From Octopus sinensis (Eukaryota): 64,000 nt of DNA. The notes beneath the pieces were generated by a model. That model ran no database searches and was not told where the DNA came from. It saw nothing but the letters and a program-made list of their open reading frames with translations. Of this stretch, positions 1 to 13,899 are shown piece by piece; within the stretch, counting starts at the first letter, position 1, and each line of letters opens with the position of its first letter. The stretch lies in assembly GCF_006345805.1 (NCBI RefSeq), contig NC_042997.1, forward strand, positions 5,890,001 through 5,954,000, read 5' to 3'. A program made the position numbers and the translations under genes.

Positions 1-33
1 ATAGTTAGAAGTTCCGCGGAGAGGGTTAATCAA

Positions 34-89
34 CCAATCAAGAGGTTGTCCTCAAGCTACACGTCAGAATGAAGATCTCGATTATAAAA
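34..89 (+). promoter_or_regulatory. Candidate RNA polymerase II core/proximal promoter (CCAAT box, CRE half-site, TATA box)
   Basis: AACCAATCA (NF-Y-like) with CCAAT at 34-38, ACGTCA at 61-66 and TATAAAA at 83-89, in the usual order and spacing, in unique sequence. No perfect initiator at the expected distance. Confidence 0.45.
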
Positions 90-370
90 CCTTTACATTG
101 CCATTCGGAGATCCCGTCTCAATTGGGCACTCGATCGAAATGCGAATACACCCACACACACACACTCACACACAGACACACACACACACTTATCGATTCG
201 TTTTGCGAGATTCATGATGTGAAATCGTGAGTTGAATGAGATGTACTTGTATTTCGGGATGGTCATTTTATTTATTTATTGCCATAAAAACATACATACT
301 GTAACGTGCAGACACATACATAGGAGAAATGCGTTAAATACTACTAACCGTACACGTAGGACAGACACAA

Positions 371-588
371 ATGGAGTGTGCCACCAATTATCGACGGAAA
401 GATACTAATCCTCAATTTCTTGCATTTAACTATAAGACAGAACTTCTTGCATCGGCGGTAAACAAATGTAATTTGAAACGACAGAGGCTTAATTTGCTCG
501 GTATATCGTTTGAAATTACATTTGTTTACTTTCGTACAACCATCCTGTTCTGTCTTCTTTGTTCGAGCCCTAATTCTACGCAAATATT
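371..588 (+). CDS. Possible first coding exon of an unidentified gene (MECATNYRRK...TILFCLLCSSPNSTQI)
   Basis: ATG in good context (acaaATGG). The frame stays open until a GTGAGT donor consensus at 589-594 and has a hydrophobic stretch near its end. It lies downstream of the promoter motifs. No downstream partner exon was found, so it could be 5' UTR. Confidence 0.3.
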
Positions 589-1124
589 GTGAGTGCTACC
601 AATATACGAAATTCTCAGTCTTATTATTAAAGGCATGAAACAGAATAATAGAATAATTTTTTGGCCGACAACTGATGAAGAATTACGGTCCTTCTGAGGC
701 TTTCCTACGTGAATGTTTTGTAGAACTTTATATATTTTTCATCTATTGAGTAAATGAACGCCATGCATTCCGACTCTTGTTAACAGTATACACATGCGCG
801 CGCGCACACATATATTATATTTAAAAAATGCAAGCAAGAAAAATTCTTAAGATTATAAACCTGGAAAAGTAAAGAACAAGAAAATTTTGACGTAAACTAT
901 ATCAGCTGAGGATAAAATTTCAAATACAATATTTAGATTTAGAAAATATTAGCATTTATCAAAATTAAAAATTTTATTACAAGCTATTACTTCTATTTGT
1001 TATTACTTCTATTAAAAATTTAAAATATGACTCAATTAAAATACTCTTATGCACTTTAAAAAATCTTTTTTTTTTAAATTAATGATTAGAAATTGGAAGA
1101 TAGGTTATAAAAATGATACTAGTA

Positions 1125-1350
1125 CTCTTTTACTCTTTTGCTTGTTTCAGTCATTTGACTGCGGCCATGCTGGAGCACCGCCTTTAGGGTGAAAGAGTAC
1201 AGCAGGTTTCGCCACCATCCCCTGCCGGAGCCTTGTGGAGCTTTAGGTATTTTCGCTCAATAAACACTCACAACACCCAGTCTGGGAATCGAACCCGCAA
1301 TCCAATGACCGAAAGTTCGCTGTCCTAACCACTGGGCCATTGCGCCTCCA
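1125..1350 (-). mobile_element. tRNA-derived SINE (head with A and B boxes) joined to the 3' tail of a second SINE family
   Basis: Reverse strand reads TGGCCCAGTGG (A box) and GGTTCGATTCC (B box). Homologous to 25500-25812. The segment 1125-1190 matches the SINE tail at 54940-55000. Confidence 0.85.
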
Positions 1351-1399
1351 AAGTACATAATTTGTTAGTACAATAAACAGAAGGATACAATTTTTTTCA

Positions 1400-2450
1400 T
1401 ACTACAATAAAATCTACCAATAACAAAACTTCAAAGTAAAATTTGCTTGAGTTATTAACAAAGTTATTGCCAAGTCTTCTCATTTTTAGTCTTGACCCAA
1501 TACCTATTTTTACATAATGAATCTGCCTCCGGTATATGTTTATCCACTTTACACAAAAATATAGCTATATTGGTATTTCTGGCTCTCGTTTAATAAGTAT
1601 TCTAGTGTGTTAATATTCTAACAAAATGATGGTACGTTTTTAAAATTAAAATGTTACTTTGTAAATTAAAATCAAATGTTTATTTTTTAATATTCGAATC
1701 TTACCTGTAGCTACAATATTTTAAGTAAAAATTGTCTTGTTCTGTACTGTATCCGGTGTAGTAACTTGTCCTGAACTTTTCCGAGTGTAATAACTTGCGC
1801 TATATATTTCCATGTTTATAAGCTTAAAAATATTAGTTCTCTTGCTAAGTTATGCTATTATTCTGATTAATAATGTGTCGATTATTACACGCATGAAGAG
1901 ATATGAATTGTATTTCTGTATGCGTGAATTTATGACTGTGCAGCAAATTGATTTGCGTGAATTATTCGACAATGCTTTTTGACATTTTCTAAGTAAAAAT
2001 TTCAAAAGATTATTGAAAGTGTTTCCTTCTGTTCGAAAAATCCCCTGTTTTTTTTGCATTTATAAATTAAAATTAATTGTAAGTGCATTTCTTACATTCC
2101 ATATTTCCTTTATCTGTATCTGTGGAATTATCCCTTAGAGTTTCTTGATAATTTTATGCTAATATTAGACAACGATTCGTGCTTTGTATATTTGTTTTGC
2201 AATATTTTGCTTTTACTAAACTCTCATTTCTATAATGATTCCTCTTAATATGGAAAGACATTTTGCGAGATTTCGTAAATTAAATCATACCCAAAGCAAC
2301 TCAATTTTCTTAATTTTAAATTTTCAAACAATTTACGAGGTATTGAAGGGAAAATCGGCTCACAGCCTAAAACGGTTTTTTCTGCGGATTAATATAGGAT
2401 GGAGATCTTGATAATGAAATCCTTGGGAGAGAAATAATTTGTTTAAAACT
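1400..2450 (-). mobile_element. Highly decayed Penelope-like element remnant
   Basis: Patches resemble the PLE remnants at 56690-57400 and 8150-8560 (e.g. tagtaacttgtcctg vs tagtaactcgcctgg). Many stops. Confidence 0.35.
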
Positions 2451-3885
2451 GAGAATCATAATTATTTCGCGTAACGCATGCATAGAAAGGAATATACTTT
2501 TATAAATTCCCGGTTTGATGTTAAACTACATTTCATACAAACTGTATTCTCGCACTTATACAAGTACTTAAAATATGTTCTATATATGAAGCAAATATAC
2601 TGGATGGTTCCTATGCCTTTGTATTTTGAAACGTTGCTATTCCTAGAAAGGAAATAAAGTTTCTGCATGAAAGGCCTTATTTATTATTTTCTCGACCACT
2701 ACACATAGCGAAAATATATTATTCTTAATCCCATATCTCTAATAACCACATTATTAACTCGTTAGTTGTGTTTCATTCACTGTCGTAGAATTTTAAACGC
2801 TACGTGCTGGAATTAGATTCAGGGATTAACTTCGAAAGAAAGACATATTCAAGCAAATTTGACACATGAAAACACTGATAACAGTCCAGTGAATTTTTTA
2901 AAGCATATTTGCCACACTACCTCACAACGAAGATCTTCTCAGCAGCAGCAGTTATTTGTTTTTATAGATTTTAGCTGCCAAATTCATGTGCATGATAATA
3001 ATGATTTCGTTCTTTGTTTCATAGAATGAAATATATTTGTAATATTTTTCCAGAATGAAATACATACGAAGAAAAATCACTACATTTTCATGAGATAAAT
3101 ATGTTATGTAAACGTCATTGGCGGGAAAGTGAATATACTTGAATACAAATAAATTCCTTGAATAAATTGTAGTATATAAATAATGAGAAACTCGTTACCT
3201 TTGCTTGAGTCAGCAATTTTCTTTGATTGTATGACGGATCTGAAAGAATAAAATGAATTTAAGTAAAATTTTTCATCAGATATAAAAAAAATACATATAT
3301 TGTATGCAATAACAATTGTAAGCACCGTTTTTAAGACGATGATCAATAGGCTAATTCTAAATAACTTGGATGCCTCGAAGGATTTACTGCTATAACATAT
3401 TATAAAGAAAGACACAAGAAGTGTTTTAAATATATCATGTCCTGGCTGATGGTGAAATCTTACCAGTCGATTAAATCTACTTAAATCTTACAAATTGATT
3501 AAATCGGTCCATATAACTATGCATACTGTGGTCCTAATATTGAAGACTATAATTTACCTCCACCTATTTACCGATTCCTGAGAATTACAGGTCGCTGAAT
3601 GTGAATCGTTTAACAATTCTGCACACAAACATTAGATATGTGTCTAGTGGTGAATTATTTTGTTTCACTATCTCTATATCAAACACATACCTACAATAGT
3701 ACACAATATAAGACGGAGTATTTTAATATTTTTCTGCAATCTGAATGTTGTTAAAAATACACTAAATTTCAAAGTATTAGAATTTACAGTAAAACTACAG
3801 CCACAAATACACACACACACACACAAATACACACACATATATTATGTGTTTATATATAATATATATATATATATTACGTATGTGC

Positions 3886-3923
<38 letters not shown>

Positions 3924-5319
3924 TTATATGTATGTATATATATTATATATATATTATATATGTATATCTATAACTATTTATATACATTTTAAATATGCAT
4001 ATGGACACATTACACGCGCACACCGTCACAGAAGAAAATAATCTCATAGAAAGCTAGCATGAATATTTAAACTTCAAAAAGATGTGCATGAAGAATACGA
4101 AAATATTACGAAAAGATACATGAAAATACCAAAATATTGAAGGGAATACTTGAAATATCCCTAGGGTACTATTGGATATTTAGACACATCTCATGTTTTG
4201 TTTGAAAAACGAACGTAGAATCTACAATGTAGTGTTTTGCTTTTGTTACTTGAACGAGTAAATGCCATTCGTGGAGGTTATGGTGAATGGTCATATTTAA
4301 TATATAAAATGAATATCATAAATATCGTGAAAAATTATGACAAGAAAATGTCCTTTATAATATGCCACGCAGATGAATAAACGCTTCAGAAAGAATAAAA
4401 GGTTACGGCAATATAACAAAGTATGGAATAGACAGGAAATATGTTTGAGAAAAATGTGAAGACCTCAGCATTAAGTTCCGAAAGGATGAAGTCTTCGTTC
4501 ATATTTTGTGATAATTGCGCATCTACATATCGAAGAGTGCATAAGAATATTTGGATGAAGAAATAATTGCACGCTTATTTGGGCGAAGACATAAGTAAAC
4601 ACACGTACGCTCACACTTACACGCAAGCATACGCATATACACATACATACACACACGCACACGCACATTACGTATAAGAAAGCGAGGAATAAATTTAACA
4701 CATCTTTATAATTTGTTAGAATTGTGTTTGGCACCACCGTGAAAACTCAATATGTGCTGTGAATACGTATTCACGCGTTCTGTCACAAACGTTCTTGGAA
4801 TATTTACAGAGACATGCATTTCATGCATACATAAATATACAAATTCAGTCTCAGAATAATAGGTTGGAACACTTATGCCTACACAGGAAGAGGATGGAAC
4901 GTTTAAAGGCATAACGTCGTATATTGTGACATCGAAAAATAATCATCATGAAACATGTAATTGCCATGACTTTATAGAGAAATCTACCGCTGAGTAAAAT
5001 ATATTCTTTTATTCATTTATATGCTTCAGTCTAATGACTGTAGCCATGCTGGAGCACAACATTCATGCACATAAATAATTACTTCACTCAAAATACATTT
5101 GCTTATATTATAATTCAATGTTATGTAAGCACATTTATACAAACATAAATTTATACATACATACATACATACATATATAGATATATATATATATACATAT
5201 ATACATACATATATATATATATATATCTATATGAATATATATATATATACATATATACATACATACATATATATAAATATATTTATATATATTGCAATTC
5301 TCACCGAGAATGAGAATTA

Positions 5320-5760
5320 CAAATTCCTCTGAGATGCAATGATTCAGTGCGATCACCTTACCAAACTTCAGGAACCGGACACGGTTGTAGGGAGAAAAAA
5401 TACAGAGCATGCATGATAATCAACATAGAAAGCTCCGGTGACAACAGGATCAACGTGAAAGAGGAAGAAAAATAAACAACTACGATGATTTCAAGTGGGA
5501 AATACGAAATTTGTGCTCAATGGGCAGAATAGATGTTTTAGCAGTAGTAATTTTGCACAACTTTCAACTATCAACATGACTGTAAAAGATTGGTATAAGT
5601 GTGAAGGTAGAGCACCTTCAAAAATCACCAATGCTCGGAAATGCAAGAATTCTTCACAGGGATCTTCATGCATGACCCGTAAAGAAATCTCACTATGGTC
5701 TGCTGGCGGTGGACAGGTGACACTTTCCCTCATACTCAGCAAAATATGCTGTAAGTTTTC
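5320..5760 (+). mobile_element. R4/Dong-clade non-LTR retrotransposon, 3' fragment (restriction-like endonuclease region)
   Basis: Frameshifted translation CDHLTKLQEPDTVV / CMIINIESSGDNRINVKEEEK / NYDDFKWEIRNLCSMGRIDVLAVVI / IGISVKVEHLQK matches the RLE C-terminus. Followed by a TAA-type tract. Confidence 0.75.
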
Positions 5761-5765
5761 ATCAC

Positions 5766-6060
5766 ATGATGATGAAGATGATGGAGTTCATGATGATGAG
5801 GATAATAATAATGATAATAATAATCATAATAATAATAACAAAAATAATAATAACAATAATAACAATAATAATGATAATAATTATAACAATAATAATAATA
5901 ATAACCAAACTAATAATAATAATAACAACAAAAATAATAATAATGATAATAATAATAATAATAACAAAAAGAAAATAATAAGAAGAAGAAAACGAAGAAG
6001 AACAACAACAACAATTATAATAGTAATACTAATAAGAACAATGATGATATTAGTAACATG
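5766..6060. repeat. Compound (GAT)/(AAT)/(AAC)/(AAG) trinucleotide microsatellite
   Basis: Directly visible. It explains the Asn-rich and Ile-rich spurious ORFs. Confidence 0.95.
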
Positions 6061-6124
6061 GAATGAAAAACTACATATTTTCTAGTCTTTGTCTCACACA
6101 TACACACACATATACATACATAAA

Positions 6125-6605
6125 ATATATAGTGAGAATTTACAAAAAAAATGAGACGAAGACGGTTGTGTAAATTGCAAACAGATGTATTAGTTTAACG
6201 CTCGGGAATTGAAAAGGCCATTTACGTGTCAAGCCTACGCTCTTCAACTGAAGGGAAATCCACAGGAAGGGAAAATAGAAAAAGGCTGAGTGGCTCGTGA
6301 TTTGTTATGGCGAAAGCCAGATAGAGGTTTAACACAGGAAGTCGAGGAAGAAGGGGAGATAATAAAGTAGTAGTGATAATAAAGTAACGGTATGTGGGAG
6401 CGTGTATGTGCGCATGGAAGGGACTGGTGATCTTGACATGTGCCTGTGTGTAAGTGTAGTTGTGTGGATGATGGTGTGTGTGCTGGGAAGTGGTCTCTTA
6501 GTGACCTCGTTTGAAGGCGGGAAAGGGTCGTTTGGAGTAGATGTGGAAAGTGGAGTGGCGGGACTGGTGTCGCCGGAAGGCTCGGAGAATGGTGCCTAGG
6601 AGAGG
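6125..6605 (-). mobile_element. Penelope-like element 3' remnant with degenerate hammerhead-like motif
   Basis: Reverse strand encodes [10 protein letters not shown] (PLE linker-like). At 6222-6253 it reads CAGTTGA-A-GAGC-GTAG-GCTT-GACAC-GTA. Same family as 29640-29830. Confidence 0.55.
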
Positions 6606-6633
6606 TATGTTTGTATACTTACATACTTACATT

Positions 6634-6743
<110 letters not shown>

Positions 6744-7769
6744 CACACACATATATATATTGTATTAATAAAATAGATGAAATGTGTAATAGATTTTGTT
6801 GGGTAGGACACATGTTTCCACCCGTTCTGCATCTCTTCGCGTGCCTTACTAAAACGTCTCAGTAGAGATTTTCTGAGTCGGCTTCCTAACGCTATATGTC
6901 CATCAAATTCGCGAATGAGTAAGAACAGAGAAAAATTATTGAAACGCAAAAAATTCAAGTATGAACGTGAAAATTATACATTCTAATTTAGAGAAAATGA
7001 CTCAATGAGCCTTCGCTGCTATAACTGTTAAAATAAAGAAAAAGAAGTAGAAGTCGAAAGTGAGATAATTCTCAGACGAAATTTTTTTTGTGTTCGTGCT
7101 TAGACGTACATTTACGTAGACAGATGTATATACACATATACATACTCGCGCAGACACGCACATCCAAATATATGGTCATATGCATACAACTAGATACGTA
7201 TTTACGTACGTATGCATGCATTATATTTATCTTCATGTGCACATACATGCTTATATATGTGAGATGAGAATTAACGCGACATGTGTATTGGGGCAAATTA
7301 TTTGACTGGATATCTGGAACTTCAGTAAACTGCGTATTGTAGCTATACTTACATCGATATATGACTCATTGCATTTAAACTGCTTGAAATGCTTTTCAAG
7401 TTAAGCATTAAATTATTCATGCAATGAGTAGACGTATAAAATCAAAATTAATTGCTTCACATATAAAACATACACTCGCATGTCCCTATAAATGCAAATA
7501 TTGTAGCGAATCCACACGCACATATCTTTACATTGATATATGTATATAGTGGATGTCCAGAAATTGCCTTCACAATTTGAAAAATTAAGAAAAAGGAAAT
7601 GGAAAATAAGGTTAACTTAGCAGAGTTTATTGGCAAACAAAGGAAGTGTTATTAGAAAGACTAGAGCAGTTCCACGTGGGATGCCTCGGTTTCACACGAA
7701 ATATCTAGTTGGTAAATTGTGGATTATAAAGACAATTTATTTACACCCTCTACATGTGTATTCTCTTAT

Positions 7770-7989
7770 TCTTTTAATTGTTTCCCTCATCTGTTTGTGG
7801 CCTTGCTGGAGCACCGCTTTGAAGGCTTTAGTCAAGCAAATGGACAGCAGGACTTAATTTTTTAAAACCTATTACTAATTCTATCGGTTAATTGTGCATA
7901 ACTGCGAAGGTTGGTGTAAACACACCAACATTAGTGTAAAGAAGTGATGGAGAAGCAAACAGATTCACAGAAAGATACACGAACGCACG

Positions 7990-8038
<49 letters not shown>

Positions 8039-8095
8039 CACACACACACACATGACAATCCTCTTTCAGTTTTCGTCTACCAAATATACTCATAA
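7770..8095 (-). mobile_element. Decayed SINE (same family as 54940-55373) with internal (CA)n expansion
   Basis: ggccttgctggagcaccgc ... tttcagttttcgtctaccaaatatactca match the family consensus. Confidence 0.75.
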
Positions 8096-8149
8096 TTTCT
8101 GAGCTTTGTTATGTATGTTTTCGGATATCACGTATACATATATATGTAT

Positions 8150-8560
8150 ATATTAGCTCCTTTATCTTGCTAGAATTTCAGCATCTCCATTTATTATATT
8201 GAGAGTAGATTACTTGAGTAGGTAGTTATACTACCTTTAAACAAGTACTAATACAAATTTTCCTTGCTTGTGCTGAGTCTTATGAGGTGGAGCGCATAGT
8301 TTTGTTATTGGTAAGTCTCAAATATTTGAATTACCCTCGCAATCATTTGAAGCTATTTCGCAAGTCTAACCCGCAATCTTATCAAATGTATCGGGATGGA
8401 TATCATCTTGTACACCCACCTCTTCTTCAATAGCAATACAATTAGTACAGTTGTTGTTCAACATCTTCAGCAAGCTATTACCTGCAATTAAAGTTAATTG
8501 GATATAATCTGTCAGAAACTAAACTGTAGCAGAATACAGAGAATAAGAAAATGGGATTTC
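8150..8560 (-). mobile_element. Decayed Penelope-like GIY-YIG endonuclease C-terminal remnant
   Basis: Reverse translation ...CAPPHK...TLNIINGDAEILAR resembles the PLE C-terminal A.PY...N.LN.R.EI motif. Multiple stops. Confidence 0.4.
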
Positions 8561-10000
8561 TTTAGGTCAGGTAAAATATGAGTTTAGGACAGTGCCATGT
8601 GGAAGACCAGAACATTATAGAGGGACATATTTGTTGAAACATGTAGCAGTCCAAGAACTGTTATCTGGGTTACTTAATAAACAACACGAGTATGTATTGA
8701 GTTCTATATTTCTTTTTCGATTATACATTCAAACGTTCTAAATAAAACAAACTTTTTGATATCAACATCGACCCATATACATAGTCGCACACACATATAC
8801 GCGTACAGCGCACACATTTATACACACACACACATCTTTAGCTATCTATCAATGTTTCTCTGTGTGTGTATGTCTGTTGTGTGTGTGTGTGTGTGTGTGC
8901 GTGTGTGTGCGCGCGTGTGTGTGTAAATATATCGGTATATTCTAAACACCGTCGTAGATATGGAAGTAATTTCTCATTTGCTAGAAACGTTGCCTAGAAA
9001 AGTCTGGCAAATTGTTCAAAGTTCAACTAATTCCGAAGAGAGACGAGTAGTTTCTTTGATATTAGTCATGTTATAGAGCTGCATTAACCATGAAATGATA
9101 CCAGTTATTGTGGAACCTCGAATTCAAAGAGTGTATAAATACTTTAACTCTGCTACTGATAGAAGCGAAGTCATATTATTGCATGTCTTGTTTGTTCATA
9201 CGACCGTTTAGTGGACCATTGTGCATTGCACTGTTTACTGTCTATACATTACCATGCCATCGATATTGGGTACGTCACTGTTTATAGAAGCTAAGCATGT
9301 TTGTTTGTATGCCTCAAAGTTTTATGAGCATGACGCCTCGATAGATTGAGGCGGGGGATTATCGAAAGTTATTTCTGGATATCCCCATAATTGGAGTAAA
9401 TAATTAGCTATATGATTAGAATTAATTGTGCAGTGTATATTCAGATACAGTCGTAATGTCAGTGGTGATGATACTTTGAGGTAGCTCTGATAACATAACG
9501 AGTAACAAACGAAGCATGTTAACACAAAATACATTCTCGAAAATTGTAAACATTCACATAAATACTATAACTTGCAGTTAAATCCTGATATTTAGAGCTT
9601 GCACCATATAACAACACTTATTCCTTACTACATGTTCCAAACTTCAGTTATATAGAACTTAAGAAATGGGTACGGCGTGGGTAAAGACTTCTTTTATTGC
9701 ATAAACGTTTTGAAAATAACGAAAACAGATACGTTGCTTGCGTTGTTGTATTGAATAAAGTAAATTGATTAGTTAAAAACGATAGACACAAACAAGCAGA
9801 CGAGAAAGAAGAAAAAAGAATTATGTAAGAAAAGAGAAAACGTCATTTTTCAATTTATAGTAATTCAAATCTTCAACCAGACTTGCTGTACAAAATATTC
9901 GAAATACATTTTATTGTTTTGTGCTGTCGTTTCCATACATTATATAGAAATGACTACATACACAGGCAAACATACAAAGCAATGCACAGATATTCAGAAA

Positions 10001-10121
<121 letters not shown>

Positions 10122-10435
10122 ATGTACCTATGTATCTACACATCAATCTACTTATCAATATTCACATTAATCTTAATTGTTTCACCTTACACATACACAC
10201 ATACATAAACACACTGATATAAACACACACAAACACACATCACACACACACACATACACGTCGGATAAACGTTTGCATGTAAGTGTATATATGAATAATA
10301 TATGCTTATTTACGTATTTCATATGTATTTGTATGTGTATATAATGTATATAATATATATATATATATATATATACATATATTAAACATTTCTGTCCATC
10401 TATCTACCTATCTACCTGTCTCTATTTGTTTGTTA

Positions 10436-10436
10436 T

Positions 10437-10529
<93 letters not shown>

Positions 10530-10546
10530 TGTGTGTGTGTGTGTGT
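10436..10546. repeat. (GT)n microsatellite
   Basis: Directly visible. Confidence 0.95.
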
Positions 10547-11761
10547 AAAAGACAGTCAGTACAACGGTCAGCAAATATTTGAACCTGAGTAGAGCAGAAG
10601 ATATTTCATCGAACTTTCTGAAAATGTCAGTTGTAAATGAAAGGTCAAAGGTTAAACGTCAAGTATATTTCAAAACTTGAATATTGATGAGTTGATACCT
10701 AAGAGAACTTGAGACACAAACGATAAATAAAGAGAAAGTTTGTGACACAGTTAAGAGAGATACAGAGAGAGAGAGAGAGGTCGAAGTGGAGAAGTGGTCA
10801 AAGAGATAAGAAGACTGTGGGCGTGTGCGCGTATGTTTGTGTTTATGTGAAAGAAATAAACGCTGAGGGAGACAATGAGGAAATCGAAGACAGAGAAGTC
10901 GATAGAGTAAAAAGGAAATAAAGAGAATAATTGAGAGTGAGGGTTAGAAATTGTTGTCGGCTATTATGTTTAGTGAAGGACTCAAAAATATTTCCTCCGG
11001 AGAATTCAGGAATTTTGCCTAACAAGTTCAGTAAAGTATACTTCGGCTAGATCAATATAGCTGGCTTATTTTGACGGGTAAATTCTCTATCGGCCAAATC
11101 TGGAATTATACTTCCAAAAGAAATGTTTCTTCTTTCAATGACGATATTTGAATAAGCAATACAATGACATTGCGAGATTGACGAAAACAAAGAAAAGGAA
11201 TAAATATACAAAAAAAAAATACAAACGAAGATAAATATATGGAATAATATAAGCGTTTCACTCTAGAGTTGTCTTGAAATTTTATACTTATATTTCAGCT
11301 GGGAGTAGAATATCTGTCTACGTTTATCTTAGTATATATGTGTAGGTGACTATGTATGCTTATCTGTGCGTTTCAGGTTATGTAAGTGTATGCGCGAGTA
11401 TTTGTATGCATGTAAGTGAGTGTTTATATATGTCTGATTTAATGCAGTTTCTTAGTTTGGTAGAAATTTCCTCTTTAAATTATACATTTCAGAAAAGCTA
11501 GGACGATAATAGACAACATAGGAAGAGCAGCCTATACAGATCTAGACAAACCAAGTATATAATACAATACACACACGTATGTATGGGTTCAGGCTCCCGA
11601 TGAAGAATAAAAAACGTATGCGTATATATAGCCGTGAGTTTGTTTGGTGTGTTTAAATTTACACGGTATCTAAATAGCTGTAGTAGATATGTATCAAAAC
11701 CATAGTATAATGGTGATGTCTAGTTCTGTCATAACAGTAATGACATACCAAACCACTGCTG

Positions 11762-11794
<33 letters not shown>

Positions 11795-11830
11795 ACAACA
11801 ACAACAACAACAACAATAATAATAATAATA

Positions 11831-11871
<41 letters not shown>

Positions 11872-11884
11872 TCAACTTTTAGCA

Positions 11885-12085
11885 TAAGGCTGTCAATTTC
11901 GAGAGATGGGGAAGACTATTACACCAACCTCAGTACTGAGCTGGTACTTATTTTATTGACACTAAAAGGATAAAAGGTAAAGTTGACCTCTACATAATTT
12001 GAACTCAGAGCATTAAGACAGTCGTAATACTGCTAAGTATTTTGCACGGCGTGATAAACATTTCTATCAGCTCACCAACTGGTAC
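11885..12085 (-). mobile_element. Decayed Nin/Deu-domain-like tRNA SINE
   Basis: ctggtacttattttattgac...aaaggataaaaggtaaagttgacctc is the reverse complement of the core seen at 62350-62410. Confidence 0.7.
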
Positions 12086-12292
12086 ATCACACGTATTGAG
12101 AAGAGCATTGTCGATGTGAGAACTGTTGCTGCTCATGTATTTTAATTTAACTTAAAAAAAAAAAAAAAAATGAACGAACTACTGAGTTTGGTTTAATGGC
12201 CTACCAATGTATACTCTGGGTTTCTTTGCCCTAGGAGTCGGGAAGACACTCGGCAAGAAATGGAAGCAAATTTGAAAGAGGAAAACAAAAAA

Positions 12293-12349
<57 letters not shown>

Positions 12350-12569
12350 TTAATGAAGATAACAATAATAATAAGCAAATGATAATGACGATAATGATGA
12401 TGATTCCTTTTAGCTACTTACACCCAACACGCGGAGGACAGTATCAAAGGAACAGAGCAATATATAAAAAAAAACAATGAGGTTTACATAGATCAATGGG
12501 ACATACTACAAATTAATGGATATAGCCCAAGTATATATAAAGATATTTTGAAATAAATAATAAATAAAT

Positions 12570-12850
12570 AAGATCCTGAGTAATGGGGTAGTTCCCTTTA
12601 GGGAATTCGGAGTAAACCTCACACAAAATGTCCCATGGGAAGAAACATCTTCTAATTTCTATCTTCTTTCTTAGAATAGCACATTCAGAGTAGATCCATA
12701 CAGCCCCACCAGTCTCGTCCACCTTTTGATAAACATACTACAAGACATAATCTCGTCCATTCTCTCATCATCTTCAAAGGATATATGAAGAAACTGATAG
12801 GAGCTTGGCCAGATAGGTAAGTGCTTGTCTTCGGGTCCTGATAATTATAC
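12570..12850 (-). mobile_element. Possible Tx1/L1-type LINE 3' end with (TTTA)n tail
   Basis: Reverse translation includes SCSMFIKRW, which resembles Tx1 C-termini, followed by a TTTA-rich tail. Confidence 0.3.
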
Positions 12851-13693
12851 GTCTTTAACCATTATGAACTAAAAGAAAGATACATACTTGTCTCTCAAAT
12901 GTAGCCTGACAAATCATCGAGAGTTTCGTTGACGTAATTTGCATTCGACATTCTACTAATCAATGACAAGAAGCGTATTTTCATTCGTAGTGAGCAGATA
13001 ATGTTAGTGAAGGAGTCAATATCCCTATACAGGTCATGTACATACGAGAATGTGGTAGCACTTCTTCCACATTTCCAATACGAAGGTGGGATATAATGCA
13101 TTGTTGTACAGATATGTACGAAATGTTGTTGTTGCGATAATTTGTCTTTTGTGATGTCTGCTGTTGATTGCGAGATTAATTAACAGTTTCCACTCCACTA
13201 ACTGATAATATACTTCTGATTTGAATGCAGGTCGCGAGGTTTGCTTTATGAAAATTTCATCTATTATATACTAGCGCACTCAGTGACATTTCTTTATTAA
13301 TAGTAACTGCTTATTCTTATCTGTTTTATTCGCAATGCTGCAAATGGTTTGGGAAATTATGCTATACATGACAGAGCTTTGCACTGAATGTGTATGGACA
13401 CAACCAAACAAAAATTTAGTTTCCGTCATTAGCTTAAATCACGGTAGCAATCGCATTACTTTTAATATTTTATAATTTTAGAAGTGTTTGAGAGTTCATT
13501 TGTGTCTCACAGCTTCCTATATCTGGCTTCTATAGCCTGTGAGTGATCATGAGGACTGCTTTCTCACTTAACTAATAGATAAGGACAAAAATAACGAACA
13601 TGCTCTCAGTCTCCGCTTGCTATACTTTACCTAGAGTGTCAAAAATCTTTGCAACTTTTGTACTGACAAATTGCTTTCATGCATTAAACAACC

Positions 13694-13738
<45 letters not shown>

Positions 13739-13739
13739 C

Positions 13740-13772
<33 letters not shown>

Positions 13773-13899
13773 TTATAAAACAAAGTTCTTTTATTCTACT
13801 CGTGTAGAAATATAAGAAAAATAGCAGTTGAAATTGCGCTGAGAATAGTTGAAATTCGTTTTACTAATACATTTAAAGCTTTAACCGGTTTCATATTAC

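Noticed and set aside
1270-1350. tRNA gene
   Set aside because: A and B boxes are present, but the sequence continues into a SINE body shared with 25500-25812. It is a SINE head, as at 55300-55373.
5495-6085. 196-aa ORF with poly-Asn that looks like a low-complexity protein
   Set aside because: It is an off-frame read of a Dong LINE fragment running into an (AAT)n tract.
10643-10655. Nuclear-receptor DR1 element AGGTCAAAGGTTA
   Set aside because: A single short motif is expected by chance in 64 kb, and there is no supporting context.
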